Of a DNA stretch of 64,000 nt, positions 62,302 through 64,000 are shown piece after piece. Within the stretch, counting starts at the first letter, position 1. Every line of letters begins with the position of its first letter. The DNA comes from Monocercomonoides exilis PA203 (taxonomy: Eukaryota > Protista > Preaxostyla). Made by a program: the position numbers and the translations under genes. Under the pieces are notes generated by a model. That model was not told the DNA's origin. It made no database searches and was given only the letters and a program-made list of their open reading frames with translations. The stretch spans positions 620,001-684,000 of the forward strand of contig LSRY02000001.1 in the NCBI GenBank assembly GCA_001643675.2. The letters are read 5' to 3'.

Positions 62302-63378
62302 ATGTCGCAATCAACTTTTTTGGACATATTAGTGAGAGTGGAAAAGAGAAAAGCTATCACTGCACCAGCGCACATCACTCCTTCACCTGTAAAAAAAACC
62401 CTCATCGAATCCGCTTGCAAATATATGAAAGTTGATAAAACTCATGCATTTTTTCGACTCACTGGATTTACTCGTTTTTAATGCGATTTGCTTTATCAGT
62501 TATTAAGCAAAGAAAGCCCTCTTCATCGGGGGAAAGAAAAAACAATTGAAAAATTTGAGGATCAACTCTTTCTTCTTTTGAATTTTTTGCATCTTGGATC
62601 AACATCCTTCACTCATTTTCTCGTTTCTTCTTTTTATGAAACACAAAATTCAACAATTAAATTACTTCACAGCATTGTTCAAAATATTAAAGTCAATCTG
62701 ATCGATTTGTTTATCACATTTCGACCAGACAGATTAGATGATATGAGAGATGTGGGTGTTGTGGTCGACTGCACAGTTCTTCAAATCAACAGACCAGCTG
62801 GAAGCTTGCAGTTTGGAACAAAATTCTACAGCGGGAAACATCATATCTACTGCGTGAAGGCTGAAGTTGGTGTTAACCCGCGCACCGGAACAGCCAGCAC
62901 TGTCAGTTCCATTCACACTGGCTCAACACACGACTTTTCTATCTTCAAGGAGCATTTCCCACAATTTAAGGCGCAGCTTGGGGGCTCAAAGGTGCTTGCG
63001 GTCTCGGCATACATCGTGGCGAGGAATGATTTGGATGCATGTATTACGAAACCTGTCGGAACTCCTCAGCTGGCATCGCGGCGAGTAATTGTTGAGCGTT
63101 ATTTTGGTCGTTTGAAAACTCTTTTCGCAGTCTTTCGCCACAATTGGCCATTTCAGGTCGAAAAGATTGCTGACTACTTCATTGTTACATGCGCACTGAC
63201 AAACCTCCACATCATTCACAACCCATTAACTGGGCTTGACTGCGAAGCTAATCAGAGGTTCATCAATGAACTATACATAATTACAACAAGAAAAACAGAA
63301 GCAAGGAGACTTTTCAACGATAGATATCGGGCTAAACTTAAGAATAGACTCAACCCAGAGGCCACTCCAACTTCTTGA
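62302..63378 (+). pseudogene. Inactivated DDE_Tnp_4 transposase (ISL2EU/PIF-Harbinger, IS5-related)
   Basis: FFRLTGF HTH-type N-terminus, then VVDCTVLQINRP, FYSGKHH, STHDFSIF and RRVIVERYFGRLK. In-frame TAA at 62479-62481. The conserved ADxxY Asp appears as Val (LAVSAY). Confidence 0.85.
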
Positions 63379-64000
63379 ATTACAGTTCTGCTTGCAGAAG
63401 AAGCTTGCGTGAATTTTTATTTTTTACACATATTATTCTTTATAACATTTATTTTCTTCTTTTTTATATTTCAATAACCATAACTATCTTTTTCAGGTGA
63501 TTTTGATGACCAACAAACCCAAAATTGTGAAAAAGAAGAGAAAGAAGAAGAAAAAGAAGAAAAGGAAAAGAAAAAGAAAATTTTTATTGAAGAAAAAGAA
63601 AAAAGAAAGAAATTATTATGTTGAATAGTAAAAATGATGAAATAGAAGATGAAAGAAATAATGTTATTGGCACATGGTTCATTCCGAACCAATGGAAAAG
63701 TCTTTGCCTTCTTCAACAATCTTCTTCTTCAATTTTTCCTTCTTCTTCATGTTCATCATCTGATGAGAAAAGAGAAAGAGTAAGTGAATCGCCTTCACAA
63801 TCTCCTTTAGCAAATAAAAAATGAGTTTTTTCTTATTTTTTATATAAACATTCACCTTCATCACCTTTTTTGATAATCACAATACACTTTTGATGTTTGA
63901 GATAATATTTGTTTTTGTTATTATTAAACATACTTAAAAATATTAAAATTTTTGATTGAAAATTGTTTTTAATTCTTTAAAGCTTTAAATAAAAAATTAA

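Noticed and set aside
62479-62481. TAA/TAG-to-Gln recoding, as in some oxymonads, to explain in-frame stops
   Set aside because: Conserved host genes here end in TAA/TAG (DHHC, DHX35, ZMYND10), and multi-kb ORFs contain no internal TAR, so the code is standard. In-frame stops are better read as mutations.
63471-63864. Short Glu/Lys- and Ser-rich ORFs at the window end
   Set aside because: Low-complexity, under 85 aa and no motif; gene context unavailable.
1-64000. tRNA, rRNA or snRNA genes
   Set aside because: No cloverleaf or conserved rRNA segment was recognised by eye. Small ncRNAs cannot be excluded without Infernal or tRNAscan-SE.

Overview
Eukaryotic, intron-rich protist DNA. It has AT-rich intergenic regions, short GT-AG introns, Ser/Glu/Lys low-complexity inserts in many proteins and the standard genetic code. 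Gene style and the giant surface-protein family resemble the oxymonad Monocercomonoides; this is an inference. Genes in order: DHHC palmitoyltransferase (-), ARM-like/MYND-finger protein (+), two hypothetical multi-exon genes (+), a very large class I cyclic-nucleotide phosphodiesterase (-), an ELMO-domain GAP (-; largely missed by the ORF track), an intronless ABCC/MRP transporter (-), a ~3060-aa modular single-pass receptor with a degenerate kinase tail (+; split by a 1-nt frameshift), DEAH helicase DHX35 (+), dynein-assembly factor ZMYND10 (-) and a dead DDE_Tnp_4 (ISL2EU/Harbinger-type) transposase (+). The AT-rich gaps contain several families of inverted-repeat DNA elements, some nested. 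Two ~3.1-3.3 kb TIR-bounded elements (24495-27777 and 48235-51336) each enclose decayed fragments of the same surface-receptor superfamily, and a third loose fragment lies at ~36.3-36.6 kb. This suggests a Pack-transposon-like capture and shuffling route for receptor ectodomain modules, the most interesting candidate system here. All alignments were made by eye and no searches were run.
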